Below, piece by piece: positions 37,571 through 51,060 of a DNA stretch of 64,000 nucleotides. This stretch comes from Takakia lepidozioides (Eukaryota; Plantae; Bryophyta), in assembly GCA_030704615.1 (NCBI GenBank), contig CM060733.1:20646001-20710000 (forward strand), read 5' to 3'. The notes under the pieces are model-generated. The model saw nothing but the letters and a program-made list of their open reading frames with translations. It was not told where the DNA came from and did no database searches. How positions within the stretch are numbered: the first letter of the stretch is position 1; each line of letters opens with the position of its first letter. Both the position numbers and the translations under genes were made by a program.

Positions 37571-38834
37571 GTAAGTTTTCTTTCCACAGAGCCTACGACC
37601 AGATTTGAACCGGAGACCGTCAAGGCTCCCACCATTGTCCAAGTGCAATCCCCTATCTCTAGAGACCCTCCTATTTGGGAAATCTAGGCCTAGGGTAGAC
37701 TGCGCCATTGGCCCATATGTGAAGAATTGAAATCTAAGTCCAAGTGCAATCCCCTATATATTCAAGTAGCGTCTCCTATGTCAAGGCCCATGTGTGAAGA
37801 ATTGAAATCTAAGCCAAAGTGCAATCTTCTATTCATGTATCCAAGTGCATCTCCCATTTACAGGCCCAAGTGTCCAGTGTCATCTAGGTCCAAGTGCAAT
37901 CCCACATCTAATCATTTATTTTTATTTTTTTCAGAGAGCCTACGACCAGATTTGAACCGGAGACCTTTTCCTTATATCTCTCTCGTTGAGGCTCCAACCA
38001 TTGTCCAGGAATGCCTACTTTGCCATTTTTGCTATTTTTGTGAATTTCCAGCGACCAAAAGTACTTGGAATTCCGTATCTCCCATACCGCAGGTCCAAAA
38101 ATCATGAGACCAAGCCGGTGCACCCCTTCTCGTCGAGGGCTTTCCAACGGTACCAAGCACCGGCGCTGGGCCTTGCGGTTCGGGACATCTCAATGCTACA
38201 AAACAAATCAAAACAAAACAAACAAACAAACAAACATCTTAATTCATATATTGATATGGATGGAAATCCTTCTTGTCATAGATTCAGTTTGAGCAAGACA
38301 TGGTCACCTCTAGCATAAGAGAGTTACAATCCCCATTGCTACTATCAACAACAATTTCCACCTATAAAGAAATCAAGTGGGCTACAACCATCAACATGAT
38401 AATGGACAATGACGAAATTGTGGCAATGATGCTCACACCAGTTTGTCCATCCAAAACATCAAGTTTTTGTATTTTTCATTGACCATGGTACACATTGATG
38501 GGAACAATTTTCACAGATAATTAATTCAAATCCATATAGATTTCTAAAGATATTTAAGGATTCTATGTTTAAATTTCACTACATATATGAGTTTGTCTTG
38601 TGCAAATTTTTTTTCTTGGGCTAAGAAATTAATTTGGTAAAACAAGCACTTTTGCTCTTTCATAGAAGGCCATGGTCTTGAGCTATCTTTTGGTGGTTTT
38701 GGGTGAGTAAAGCCAAGCCAGCCAAGCCCAAAAAGGGGGCGTTTGCGACGCTACGGCGTCGCTAATCTCCTCTTTTCTTGTAGTGCCTGAAGCATTGTCT
38801 TGTTGCCACTGGGATCATTGATAGGAGCGACGAT

Positions 38835-41045
38835 ACCGCGTGAGCGGTGAGCGGTGAATGCACGCTCACACGGGGCTGTCGTGGCGTGAGCCCATGCTCA
38901 CGCCATATTAGCTTGAGCGGAGGCCACGACATATTGAGAGGGTACCTATTCCCGTGGGACCTATACCCATGAGAGATGATGTGGAGCCCAACATGGTGAA
39001 GCACACCATTTTGGCCCACCCAAAAATGTTGTTTGAGGTGTTTCCAAAATGGCGTGCTTTAAAGCACACCGTTTTGGCCTACCCATAAAGGCTCGAATGA
39101 GGTGTTTCTAAAGTGGCGTGCTTCGAAGCACACCGTTTTGACGTACCCAAAAAGGCTCTTTTGAGGTGTTTATAAGGTGGCGTGCTTTGAAGCACACTGT
39201 TTTGACTGAAGCTATCAACCAACACCCTAGCCACCATAAACACAAAGAATAAAACTAAAGGGTTTCCTATCCTTGATTCCAATCATGAAGCTGTCCCAGC
39301 CTATCTGCTCAGATACTTGCCAAGAGAAGGACCGCCCTTGATTAGAGTCACATGCATATCCTACAATTCTAAAACTGCCGCAACTGGCTATAACATTTCC
39401 TTAGCACGATGGTTATTTTCTACATCACCAGCAGGAGATGACCAAGAGGAGTCAAGACATCCCAATATAGAGAAACAGTGCCCAATGGGGGTTAATTAAA
39501 TTGAAATCAAAATTCCCAGCATTTAGGAGTCAAAGAGTGTGCGGCGCCGCACACTGTTTGATAGGGTCCCGAATTTGGAGTTTTTCCATGGGCCGCACAC
39601 CCTTTCTGCCCACTGAAAAACTCCGAATTCGGGACAATGAAACAATGAAACGGTTGTGTGTTATGCTTTATCTCAATGCATTTTGTTCTTCCTTTACGAA
39701 TTGTGAAGATCAATACATCATGAGTGGTTGGGATTGCTTAGATTGCACAAATTTTGGTTCCAATTAATGGCCATTGTCAGGGACCCATACACAAAGAGCA
39801 TATGTCATGACACTTGTGTGAAATCACGAACTCCTCTCGCTTTCAATGACATATATAGTTTGCTTCAAAAATAGTTCTTTGCCAGACCAGTTGTGGATGT
39901 CTTAATCTAAACCTGCAAATCACGGAAGTCAGCATAGTCTCTATACTTCGGAGCCTCAAAATCTTTGCAAGACCAGCAGGGTTTATAACACTTTCATGAA
40001 TTGGCCTCCAGAACTATAAATGTGGTCTACACTTTTTCAAGCAGAACCCCATCCAATTGCAGTTCTTGTGATGTTCATTTTCCCTCGCAAAATATTTCGT
40101 TTATGACTTGCCTTGAGGAAGGGATTGTGTGATGCGAAATTCGATATAAGAACATGCTACCAAGCATGCATTGCTTCATAACACCAGCAAATAAAACCCG
40201 CAAATAAGACCATCCACAATACCACCTTCCCAAAATGACTAATCTTCATTGTGCCCATTGTCAATATCACAACAATCAATTGGATTCTTGACAACTGTGC
40301 TCTTCATATTACCTTCTCATTGGCATGCCTGCAGGGACATCCTACCCGCGGTTATGGGTGTCATCCGTGAAATTACATACAGTAATTTTTTTGTAAAAAA
40401 CCTGGGGCCACACCGCTCACGGTCTACTATCCATGCATTGATAGAGGTTACAAAAAAGAGGTCAAACTCTTTGTGGCTAACCCTAAAAGGTTTCCAGTGA
40501 CAATTAAGAAGGGTCAAGTGTTAGCTAGCATTTCAGCCCGTCCCATTAATTGCTGATATTGATGAAGTGCAACCTAGTTTTGGTCTTGAAGCCTTGGGCA
40601 TTGTTTTTTTTTGCTGTATACACGTCCATTTGCCTTGATCGTGGACGATTGTGGATTAGGCAAATAAAGAGCAGACACATTGTTTTAAAAATAATAATAA
40701 ATCAATTAGCTTCAACGATTGTGGTTTTGTCTCTTCTCGTTTGTGCAAGAAAGAGTAGGCAAGTAAAGAGAGAAAAAAATTAATAATGATCGTCAACGAT
40801 TGTGGTATTGCTCCTCATCCTTGGTGCAAGAAGAGCAGACAAATATTTGATTTTCCGTGGTATTACGTCTTTTTCCGCCTGACCTCGGGTATAGGTAATC
40901 TTTCTTTGCAACACCACCTACGCTCACACTTATAAAATGTAAGCCCAGGCTCATGCTCTGGTGGGGAAACGTGAGCCTGGGCTCACACTTTGTGAGTGAA
41001 GCGTGAGCCTAGCTTACAGGCTCACAGGGCTTGGATCACGCTATA
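38835..41045. mobile_element. Probable DNA transposon relic with GTGAGC/GCTCAC subterminal repeats at both ends and a ~62-bp tandem array (38995-39205)
   Basis: Clusters of GCGTGAGC/GCTCAC at 38835-38905 and 40920-41045. About 3.5 copies of GAAGCACACC.TTTTG....CCA.AAA..TGAGGTGTTT..AA.TGGCGTGCTT. Confidence 0.45.
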
Positions 41046-41539
41046 ACTGTGCTGGGCACTATTGTAGGATCTTGAGCCATCGTTGGAGTTTTTGTTTATG
41101 CGACCCCAGGTGGTGCAATCTTAGGATTTTAAGTCACGGCTTCTACGTGCACACTCTGCAGCTCTAGTTGAAATCTCGAAAATTTATGGACATTATGAAT
41201 CACATGTGCCACAAATGCTTCTGGTGCTTCTATGGGAATACTTGTCATTGTCAACTCTAGTAAACCTCTATCAACTATATGTATCACAGGTGTCATTTTA
41301 GGTCCATGATCATACTCATGGACCTAAACTTACATGTGTACCATGTATACATCACATGTGTCGACCCATACAAATAGATTGTCTTCTTTACTTTGTGGGC
41401 GTATGGTCATGGCAGGTTGATCACAGTTGGCGGCTTCTGACAAAAACATCAAAAAACCAGTTCATCAAGTTTTATCATAATGTTCTTCGTCATCATACCA
41501 ACTCGTATCATCGACATCTTCTCCTTCGTGCAGTTGTCC

Positions 41540-41770
41540 TTATTCATACTGTTCTTCTAAAGCATCTCCTTCATCATCTCCATTGTCATAGTGATTAGGA
41601 GCATTGCAACCCACAAGTGCTAATGATGGACCAAACTTTTTGTCCATCGCATGAGCGTCAAAATGATAGAGACATGTTCTCCTAAACCTTGCCTTGATGT
41701 TTGAAGGAGTGAATGCAACTGCCACTAATTTATATACAACCATAGCTAATGCTGCTTTCCCGGTTATCAG
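41540..41770 (-). mobile_element. pogo transposase C-terminal fragment
   Basis: AFTPSNIKARFRRTCLYHFDAHAMDKKFGP is homologous to SLTPSNIISGFRKTGIWPLECKAMDGNFGP at 37.5 kb. Confidence 0.6.
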
Positions 41771-41859
41771 CGTCACGTCCGTCCGTCAGCATCAGGTCAC
41801 GTCAGGTTCGGGGAATATTCTGGTAAAAATAGTACCAGGTAAAATACTGCCACTTAAGC

Positions 41860-42840
41860 AGCCACATCGTCGACACGGTGGCAGTGACAAATACATTTTG
41901 AAAATTAACAAAATAAACGCGACCACCAATTATGGTGGTCGCTTTGTTTTCGAAATTAAAAAAGAAATAGCGACCGCCATAATTGGCGGTCGCTTCAATT
42001 TATTTATTTTAAAAGCAAGATTGGCGGTCGCACTGGCAATCGCTTTATTTTTGAATTAAAAAAAGAAATAGCGACCGATATCTTGGCGGTCGCTTCTAAA
42101 AAAAACAAGATTGGCGGTCGCATTGGCGGTCACCTAATTTAAAAAAGAAAACAAGTGATTGCCTATTGGCGGTCGCACAATTTTGTAAATATGTACAGAA
42201 CAAGCGACCGTCATATGACGGTCGGATAATTTCAAAAATATATAAAAAAAAAACAAGCGACTGCCATATGGCGGTCAGATAATTTCAAAAATATATAAAA
42301 GAAAACAGCGACCGCCATTGGGCAGTCACTTAATTTAAAAAATATACAAAAAAACAAACGACCGCCATATGGCGGTCGGTAAATTTAAAATTATATAAAT
42401 AAAACAAGCGAAGTATGAAAATAATAACGACTGCCACACCGGTGGTCACTTGTTTTAAAACAGTACAATATTTCCGACCACCAAACCGGCGGTCGCGTCA
42501 ATTTTAAAATATATATTAAGTTTTAGTGACCGCCAGCCTAGAGGTCGCTCAAACTTGAAAATATAAAGATTAAAAGCGACGGCCTTACTGGGCGGTCGCG
42601 TTTTTAAAAAATAAAATAAAAATAAAAGCGACCACCATATTGACGGTCGTTTTATTTTAAATATATTAACAAATGAAGCGATCGCCATACCGGCAGTTGC
42701 ATTATATTTTGAAATAAAAAATAATAGCGACTGCCATACGGACGGTCGCTTAAATTTAAAAATATATAAAATAGAAGTGATCGCAATATTGTACAAAAAG
42801 GAAATAAAAGCGACCGCAGTATTAGCGGTCGCTTAATTTC
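41860..42840. repeat. Array of palindromic GCGACCGCC-N3-5-GGCGGTCGC units with AT-rich spacers (CACTA-type subterminal repeat)
   Basis: More than 15 imperfect hairpin units spaced ~50-60 bp apart. Confidence 0.75.
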
Positions 42841-43929
42841 AAAATTATAACAAATATGGTTGTACAGCCTTTTTCGAGTGGGCGCTATTGGTTCGTCATT
42901 TATTCATTTCACTTTCATCCTTCTTGGATTATATATAAGGGAGGAGGGTCACCAAGCTCCTCACTTCTTTTGGCGCATACACTTGAGGTTGCTTTGGATG
43001 TTCTCTTCCATTAAACGAAAGTGTAGCCCAAGAAGAGGGTGCGCACATTTTGTCGTTGTGGCTTCCACCAAAGCCACTTAAGAAGATTGTGTATAAGCTC
43101 AACACTACAACCCATATCGACCCACTTGGGTTGCTGACAGGTGTAGTAGTGTTGGGCTATCGCATTGCACTCTACATTCACAACACGTTTATTTATAGCG
43201 ACTGTTTTTTGTTGCTTACATCGTTAGGACCCAGGGGAGTGGATATTGGGTGAAGATGAGGTAGGAATGAAACCCTTGGTATACGACAATCCCGAACACT
43301 GTCAGTGCCACTGGTAGTGTTGAGTGCAACCTATGTAGATTAAAGCTTTCTTATCGTAAGGATTGGTTGCTCGCTCACCTCAGCTATAAAGATGAGAAGA
43401 GTGTTTGGGTGGGTTTATGCCCTAAAGCATCCATGCGGGTAAAATGTCACTTTGCCTAGTGTAGAGGCAATATTCCAATGTCTTTGGATCTGGACATGAT
43501 CTCTGAGCAGAACACTCCATCTTCTCGTCAGTGATAGTGTAGCTATTAATGATCGACTTGGATGGATCGACAATATTAGGTACAGCAGGCTAAGGGAGAG
43601 TATGCAACACGCTGTTAGTGAATGTCTCTGTCTCTATCTCTCACTCTTTCCGTCTCATTGTCGAAGATGTTGACAACCCTCGTCTTCCATCTATCCTACA
43701 CGGCGAAGTTCAAAATCGTTTATAAATACACGGTCTCGCATCTACCAAGCTGCAATTCCAACAAACAATATGTTATAAATTTGAAATAATCATTACTTTA
43801 TATAACCTTATATATTATAAAATTATATTTCTATTTTTTTTAACTTTAATTTTTTTTTAAAAAAAAACACACACCAAAATCACGCACTCACTAATAAGTA
43901 CTGCAGTTTTTGTTTTTTTTTAGAATAAA

Positions 43930-46900
43930 TGTTGGCTATTGTGAATCGATCCTGAATGCATTCGTATTCATACTATAAGATATCCATACGAAAGAAATAT
44001 GATAGCATTAATAACATCAAACATTAATACATACCTCCAAATATGTTATATGGAGGTTCGTATCCGCTGGTAAATTTGACTGTTGAGCGACCGCCGAAGC
44101 AAAACAAGAATCTACCCTGCATTGGATTATGAAACTAGTAAATAAGCATGTCATGGAATTTCCTTGTCGCATTTCAATGCAAACGTCTTATTATTCATGT
44201 TTGACATGTTAAACTATTATGTGTATGAGGTTTACAGATCATAAGAAATACTAAGGCTCCCTTAATTATACAACGGCCACCAAAAATCATAAAAGAGGGA
44301 ATAGTTTTGTCCAACTACCTGTTTGGAGTGGAGAATGATTTGGATAGGACCACGTTTAAGTTACGGTGGATTGCGAAGTTAGGCAATGGGTGGGGCATGT
44401 CAGGCCCACTGGAGCCAGTACTCCCAAGACCGGCCTCTCAGATGGGTATACATGACTATATCTGTGTGGGTATACGTAATGGGCGCACACACACGACACG
44501 AGCACCTCGGAGGTGCGAGGTCGTGGGGTCTCGTCCACTCCATCGATTGGTGTTACCACCTTTCCCACAAAATGCCGTAAATCACCGAGTTCAACTTACG
44601 TTTCCTTTCAAAGATGACGTTGTACTTATTCGATGGATTTGTTTTTTTTTTAATATTTTATTTTCTTCTAAATAATGATACTTGACGAAATTCTTTTGGG
44701 AGCCAGTGACTGGGCATCCGGGCTTCATTTTCCACCATTACTTGGAAAGGAATAAAAATAAATAAAAATAATGTCAAAAAAATGCGAAGGTACAACAAAT
44801 AGTTTAGCCACTTACCCCAATCAAATGCCCCTCGAAATATACACAGGGAAGAATTTCCAAACTTTCTTCATCCTGCTCTCGAAATAGTAAATGTCGTCGC
44901 TGCGTCAAACGTATATATTAGTTTGTTTGTTTTTTAATTTTTACAGTATAGATGATATTTATAAATATCAAGTTTAATTAAAACTGAAGTTTTATATATC
45001 TTATCTATTTTGTAACGTGTGTAAACCAGAATGTAGTAGCAAAGGTTGAACTACTTGAAGCTCAAACATCGTTTTTTTTAAATAAATAATAAATATTAAT
45101 AATAAAATTTATTTATACATAGAACATAAAACATGAATAATTTTAAAAAAAAAACCATGGGCATCAAACATGGAAAAAACCACGTTGTAAACACGTCACT
45201 TACACTAGAAAATCCCAGCAAACAACGTCATGCTTTCCCTCTTTGCGTATCTTTTCAGTTAATGACGTTGATTCACTTAAAAAGTGTTATCGCAACTATC
45301 TCCAAACAATTACTCAAAATTAGTTTTTTCTTAAATTGTTTATTATTATGCCCACTGAAGACACAAACATGTGACTCAAAACCACTCTTATGTGTGGCCA
45401 TAACCACTACACATCTTATCATTTCTTACAATAATCGTTTACCAGATCAATCAACGTATAATATATATAACCCAAAAAATATGTGTGCTTATGGCGCAGG
45501 TCGTGAGAGTCTAAAACTATGGCATTTTGTCCATATTGGATGTGTGAGAGTCATAATATGGCACGATACTCAACTTCGGTGCTGCACAAGCATGAAGCAC
45601 ATTGATCAGGATTAACGTGTTATTATTCAACTTTGGATTATCATCAATCAATGTACCTAACGAAATAAAACTATATACACACTCATACCATGTAAAAAAG
45701 ATGCAATGGAGAGTTTAGTTTGATAATGTTAGTTCTATAAAGTAAAGAGATATAAAGGGATTTCTGTTTTAAAACAATATATATAAACACGTTAACAACA
45801 AATTTGCATTTCCCACATGATTTCATATAGTATACTTCTTACCCTACTGCATGGATCATTTCGCTCCAAGTTAGGCTAAAGTAATGTCCTAGTATTTTCT
45901 TTCCGACGATGCCATTATTTTTTAATTGTGCAGGTACTGCAATGCTGGATCCGTCTAAGCCTATAATGCCATCTCTCACCCACATGTTTTTTTCTCCAAT
46001 AGGGCTTTATCGAAATCCGCATCTACAGTTGTTACAAGTAGTTAATCCATTAGTTCTAATTGTACGTATATGTTGATGTTTGAATATATTTACAACGTGG
46101 GCTACAGCAAGGCGATAGTAAGACAATGATTGCATTGGCTTGTCTCGAGTTTAAACCATGTCAGCTGTTTCTCTACCTTCGGGCTGGGGCTCTGCAATGC
46201 CTCTATGGCTCCCATTTGAGTGTTTATAATTGGGCTCAAGGCCCAGTTGCTGGGGCTGGAAACTATGTGTATACACATATAAATATATACATGTATTTAT
46301 TTAAGAGAAATTATAAGGAAAAATTGTAAAGCTCAAAATCTACTAAAATGTCCTAACGGTAACAATGCTTGGATCCATGGCACACGGTATTTATCCCAGA
46401 TAAACACTTGGGGTCGAATTTATTTTCAAACCTCCATGTTCAATAACATCCATAGTAATCTTATCGTGCACCATAGCACCGGTAGTAATGTAACCATCCC
46501 GATATTTAATTTCATAACTACATTTGTAAGACGAACTTTCACGACAGTCGAAGTGTTGCGAATCAAGTCCCTCTTGTATAATTGCATAATTCATCCAATT
46601 TGTTAGACAATTCACCCTCTTGGCCAATGTCGGTTTGTAGAGTTCATTATCTCCCTATAAATAAAACATTGCTTTTACATCAGATTAACATACAAAAAAG
46701 TCAAACTTATGTAATGGTATTATAATGTCCCCCCGCCCCCTTTTTCTTCTTCCTTCTACTGTTATTGGTATATGTCTGATTGATGGTTTGGCCAAAAAAA
46801 CAAAAAAAAAAACAAACACACCTTTGTACAAGGACTTATAAGGTAGTATAAACATGCATGATTATGTGTAAACATACCTTGGCACATGCCACAAATGTAC

Positions 46901-47000
46901 CCATCGCGGGACCAGCAACATTTTATCCAAATAAGTTCACTCCCAGTATCTACTATTAGATGATAAATCCTTTCTTTTCACACTACACATCCATACACTG
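43930..47000 (-). pseudogene. A1-family (pepsin-like) plant aspartic protease pseudogene, intron-containing
   Basis: On -, in order: HLIVDTGSELIWIKC (DTGS at 46939-46950), LYKPTLAKRVNC...CSYEIKYRDGYITTGAMVHDKIT...VYLG, DGIIGLDGSSIAVPAQLKNNGIVGKKILGH (~45.9 kb), FDAATTFT (decayed second DSG motif, ~44.9 kb), FCFGG...NIFG (~44.05 kb). Several pieces end at GT donors. Confidence 0.75.
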
Positions 47001-47381
47001 CTTGACACGTGTAATTCAAAAATACCTTCACCCTATGAATAGTTCTAAATAAAATATAATTGGAGCCTTTAACCTCTACCCTATATTCATTTAAATGCTC
47101 CCGCCTATATTTCTCATACCTTATATTACTTTGAAAAATGTTCTAATTTTTACTTGTAGAGCTTAAATGGCACCCTATATTTTTTTGCACGTTAGGTGGT
47201 AATTTTTGGAAGTGGACCCCCCAAGCCAATTGCAGCATCCGTATCATAGTCCAATATACACCTACGTTGCGGTGTGATTTGGGCGGCACTATGGCTGTGT
47301 TCCTCTAGGTCAATCCCAAAATAATAAATAAGTGTTAGAGTAAGTTGATTGTGCTTGTATATTATTTTAAAATATTACATG

Positions 47382-47925
47382 TTGACATTGCAAACTTGCA
47401 AAGGAAATGAATCCATAGTTTTATCTCTATCTAGTGAGTTGGTACATAACATGTTCATTGTGATATACATTATACCATGAATCCTGTGCGAATATCATGT
47501 ATTGTTACCACTACTAAATAATGCCAAATTCATCTGGATCAAGATCCAACAATTTGTGCAGAATTTTTACAAACCACAATGTAGATATATTGAGTTCTTT
47601 GATGCGATATTACAATTAACCACATTACCACATTACACGTGTGGTATCAATAACCACATTACAACTTGACATTGCAAACTCATAAAGAAAATGAATTCAT
47701 GGTTTTATCTCCATCTAGTGTGTTGGTACATAACATGTCCATTGTGATATATATGTTATACCATGTTCATCCCATTCGAATATCATTTACTGATACATAT
47801 CAATACTCAATATTGTCTAATTAATCTGGATCAAGTTTTAACTATTTTGGCAAAAAAATTATAAATTACAATATAAATATATTGAGTTAAATGTTATTTG
47901 ATGCGATATTACCATTAACCACATT
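47382..47925. repeat. Tandem duplication, unit ~284 bp
   Basis: TTGACATTGCAAACT...GTTTTATCTC.ATCTAGTG.GTTGGTACATAACATG...GATGCGATATTAC.ATTAACCACATT starts at both 47382 and ~47666. Confidence 0.8.
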
Positions 47926-48201
47926 TGAAATCCATCTGATGAAGAAAAATGAATATTTTATCACATTGATTTTGTACTGACATCGAACTATTTATCCATA
48001 TTCAATAATGTTTGAACGATTTTAAAAAAAAAAATAATCATGAACCCAAATTGATGATCAAACACTTGAGGAGGTCTGTGATTGGAATGCGTACCGTGCG
48101 ATTTGAACGTCTAGACTTCCTCGAACATGCCATAGCAGCATGTTGTGTGGATACCGTACCTCACTTCACGTCCATATGTGCAACTAGCAGCTGTCATATT
48201 T

Positions 48202-48833
48202 TGTCAAGGACGAGAACATGACTGAACATAAACAAGAGATCAGACTAGAGGTACAGGACTAGACAAGAAGTGAAGGTCGGCGTGGCCGAATGCATGATGA
48301 GTAAATAAGAATCAAGACGATTTTTATAACAATGAACAAGAGTACAAGATATTGGAACACGACTTGAATACTGGAATGCTGGAAACTGGACTGGAGTACC
48401 AGATACTGGAAACTGGGCTAGAGTACTGGGAATTGGAAACAAGAGTAGCTTGAACTGATGTTAGCGAGACTGAAGAGTGTCCAGTCTCACCTCCTATATA
48501 TACTGGCTACTAGAAGGTTCCCTAAGAGGCTTCCCCAAATGAGGTTTCTTGATGGAAAAGTTTCCAAGGTTAAATAAAGGTTTCTTGATGGAGAAGTTTC
48601 ATTAAACAAATGAGGTATCTTGATGGAGAAGTTTCATTAAACAAATGAGGTATCTTGATGGAGAAGTTTTCTCCAAGTTACTCTCGATAATTTGGTAAAC
48701 TCCCGGTAACTTGGTAACTAATGGTATTTTATGGTAAATTATGGTAGATCATGGTAGATCACGGTAATTTTTAGTAACTTAGTAACTTCTGGTATTTACT
48801 CCTGGTAAGTTCTTCTGGGCTATGTCCGTGACA
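48202..48833 (-). mobile_element. Solo LTR, copy 2 (inverted relative to 6450-7011)
   Basis: Reverse complement of copy 1 end to end, with extra copies of an internal ~35-bp unit (GAGGTATCTTGATGGAGAAGTTTCATTAAACAAAT). Flanks TATTT/TTTTG are not a clean TSD. Confidence 0.85.
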
Positions 48834-49863
48834 TTTTGCTGTTAAGCCTCTTTGGATTTTTGTATCTTGTTAAATTCTCTTGTATGTTTTTTTTGCCCAA
48901 TTTTTGGTATTATCTTTAGAGTCTCAATTATCCTTTACATTCGAACTAGCATGAATGTCATGGAAATGATATGATCCCTATATTTGATGACTCACCACAT
49001 TCCACCCAAGTCGTAAGTCGCATTGTACTCTAAGGATTAATAGTATCGAAGTTTAAAAGACCAGAATTTGCAACGTTATTAGCCATATCTTAACACACTA
49101 TGTTCCTAAGGGCATGAGAATTTAACGTCCTTAGAAATAACGGTAGATACACTTGTGATGTCCCATAATCTCTTAGCCTTATAAACAACTTTATCATTAT
49201 CTTTCTGTCAGAGTTCATTCATGTTTTAAGTAGATGACGGCCGGACGCCGTTATAAGTCTGTTTGACCCAGACCTTGTACAGCTAACCCTATATATGGCT
49301 AGTTGCACCTCAGCCTTTCATGGTTCAACGGATTACTGCGAGTTTAAGCTGTGTTTACGAGGCGATTTGGGTTGATAAGGGTTGCGCTGACGGTGGTTCT
49401 ATCACTTATTAAATTTATTCTTTGTTTACGTTGTCATCTTACTTCCATATGCAATGCTTTCGGTTATTCTTTGTGATTTGAGTAGTGAAAGAGAAGGTGA
49501 TTCAGACCTCATTGTCTTTCAAATGATGAACGACACGACGTATGCGGGGACCGCCGAAGATCAAGTGAACAGAATGCACGTGACAAACGATATATTATAA
49601 TTTTGATCTAATATATCTTTAAGTAATTGCAACAATACAAACATATAATATATACATATCATATAGTAAGATATGATGGATAGAAAAATAGTTTCATAAA
49701 ATACTTACCCCTGAATTGTTGAAAAAATATTTTCATGCTGACGTTGAAAAATTTCGAGTTGGACCACCACTGTCAACAGTGCCGTCTTCCCGAATATTGA
49801 CCGCATTATGAAAATGTGATATTGCTACGTACTTCATGTTAAATCACCTACAGGTGTAGTTAC

Positions 49864-50627
49864 CAGTGTTGGCCGGGTATAGCACTCTACCCCGGTTAAT
49901 GAGTCGGTTACCACCCCGGTTAGTAGGTATACATAACCGCATACAGGGTATTTTTACAAAACATAACAAATAGATAACCGACGGTTGGGAGGTGAGTATA
50001 TATATGTATATGTACCCTATATTAAGGTTAGCACTACACGTATACCCGGATTAGTAAGGCGTTTTGACCACCCCTAGAGCGGTTACATATATGACACGTC
50101 TCCTCACACAACGCAGCTACATTGATTGCCATGCTTGCCTGCATGCCTCAGTATTGGCAACTTTTGCAAGAGGTGCGCTCAGTATGTATAACTTATTGCT
50201 ATGTTAAATGTTAGCCAACTTATCTCTTTGGTTTTTTTTTTTTTTTCTTATTTTAGTCATTTTATTTGTCATTGTGGATAAATCTATGATGTACTTGGAG
50301 CATTCTAGCATTACCTATTTATTACTCATCTTTATTAAAGGTTCTCATCTTCATTTGGATGTCATGTAGGAATTGATTATTTTTAACGAAAATCATTGAG
50401 AAATACAAGCGCATATATGTAACCGCCAATTGCATATATATCCGCCAATTTTAGGACACCTCTAACCGTCTTATTCATAACCGTCTAAATTTGAAGAATT
50501 TTGTAAAATAGATAACCGGTGGATATACTAAAATAAAAAATTTAGCCTTATACATAACCATGGAGTGTGTCCATCCCAAAAATATTGAAGTAACGCATAA
50601 GTAAATTCTTATAACCGGCCAACACTG
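49864..50627. mobile_element. Non-autonomous hAT element (MITE), intact ends
   Basis: TIR CAGTGTTGGCCGG.TATA at both ends. Perfect 8-bp TSD GTAGTTAC (49856-49863 and 50628-50635). Subterminal TAACCG repeats. Confidence 0.9.
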
Positions 50628-50679
50628 GTAGTTACCAAGCTTCTTATCTTAGTCACAATCATCAAGAGTTATTAAAATC

Positions 50680-51060
50680 GGAACCGCCAGAGCAGAATTT
50701 GTTTTTTTATTTTTTTTATTTTTTTTTGAGATCGGGACCGGCAGAGCTGGTGGTCCCAGTTCATTAGATATTTTATAAATAATTGGGACCGCTCGAGGTG
50801 ACTATTGTTAATTTATTAAATAATTTTTTATTATTTTGAAAATTTGGGACCGTCAATGACCGCCTTCATTGGCTGTCCCGATTAATTAATTTTTAAGAAA
50901 AATAGGGACAACCAAAGCTGGCAGTCTCGAATTTTTTAAATGAAGACCGCTAGAGCTTGCGGTCCTGAATAGAAACCATTGATTTATAAAATATTTTATT
51001 AAACTTTGTTTAGCGATCCCGAATTTTTTTCAAAATGTTTTGAAAATTTTCGACCACCAA
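50680..51060. repeat. Array of palindromic GGGACCGCC-N5-GGCGGTCCC units
   Basis: Repeated imperfect hairpins in an AT-rich background, related to 41860-42840. Confidence 0.65.

Noticed and set aside
41860-42840. CRISPR-like appearance of spaced palindromic repeats (also 38995-39205 and 50680-51060)
   Set aside because: Repeats are degenerate, spacers are low-complexity and similar to each other, the context is eukaryotic and there are no cas genes. Transposon subterminal or tandem repeats fit better.
7012-48201. One giant LTR element, or a past inversion between the two LTRs
   Set aside because: The LTRs are inverted rather than direct, and copy 1 retains its own near-perfect TSD.
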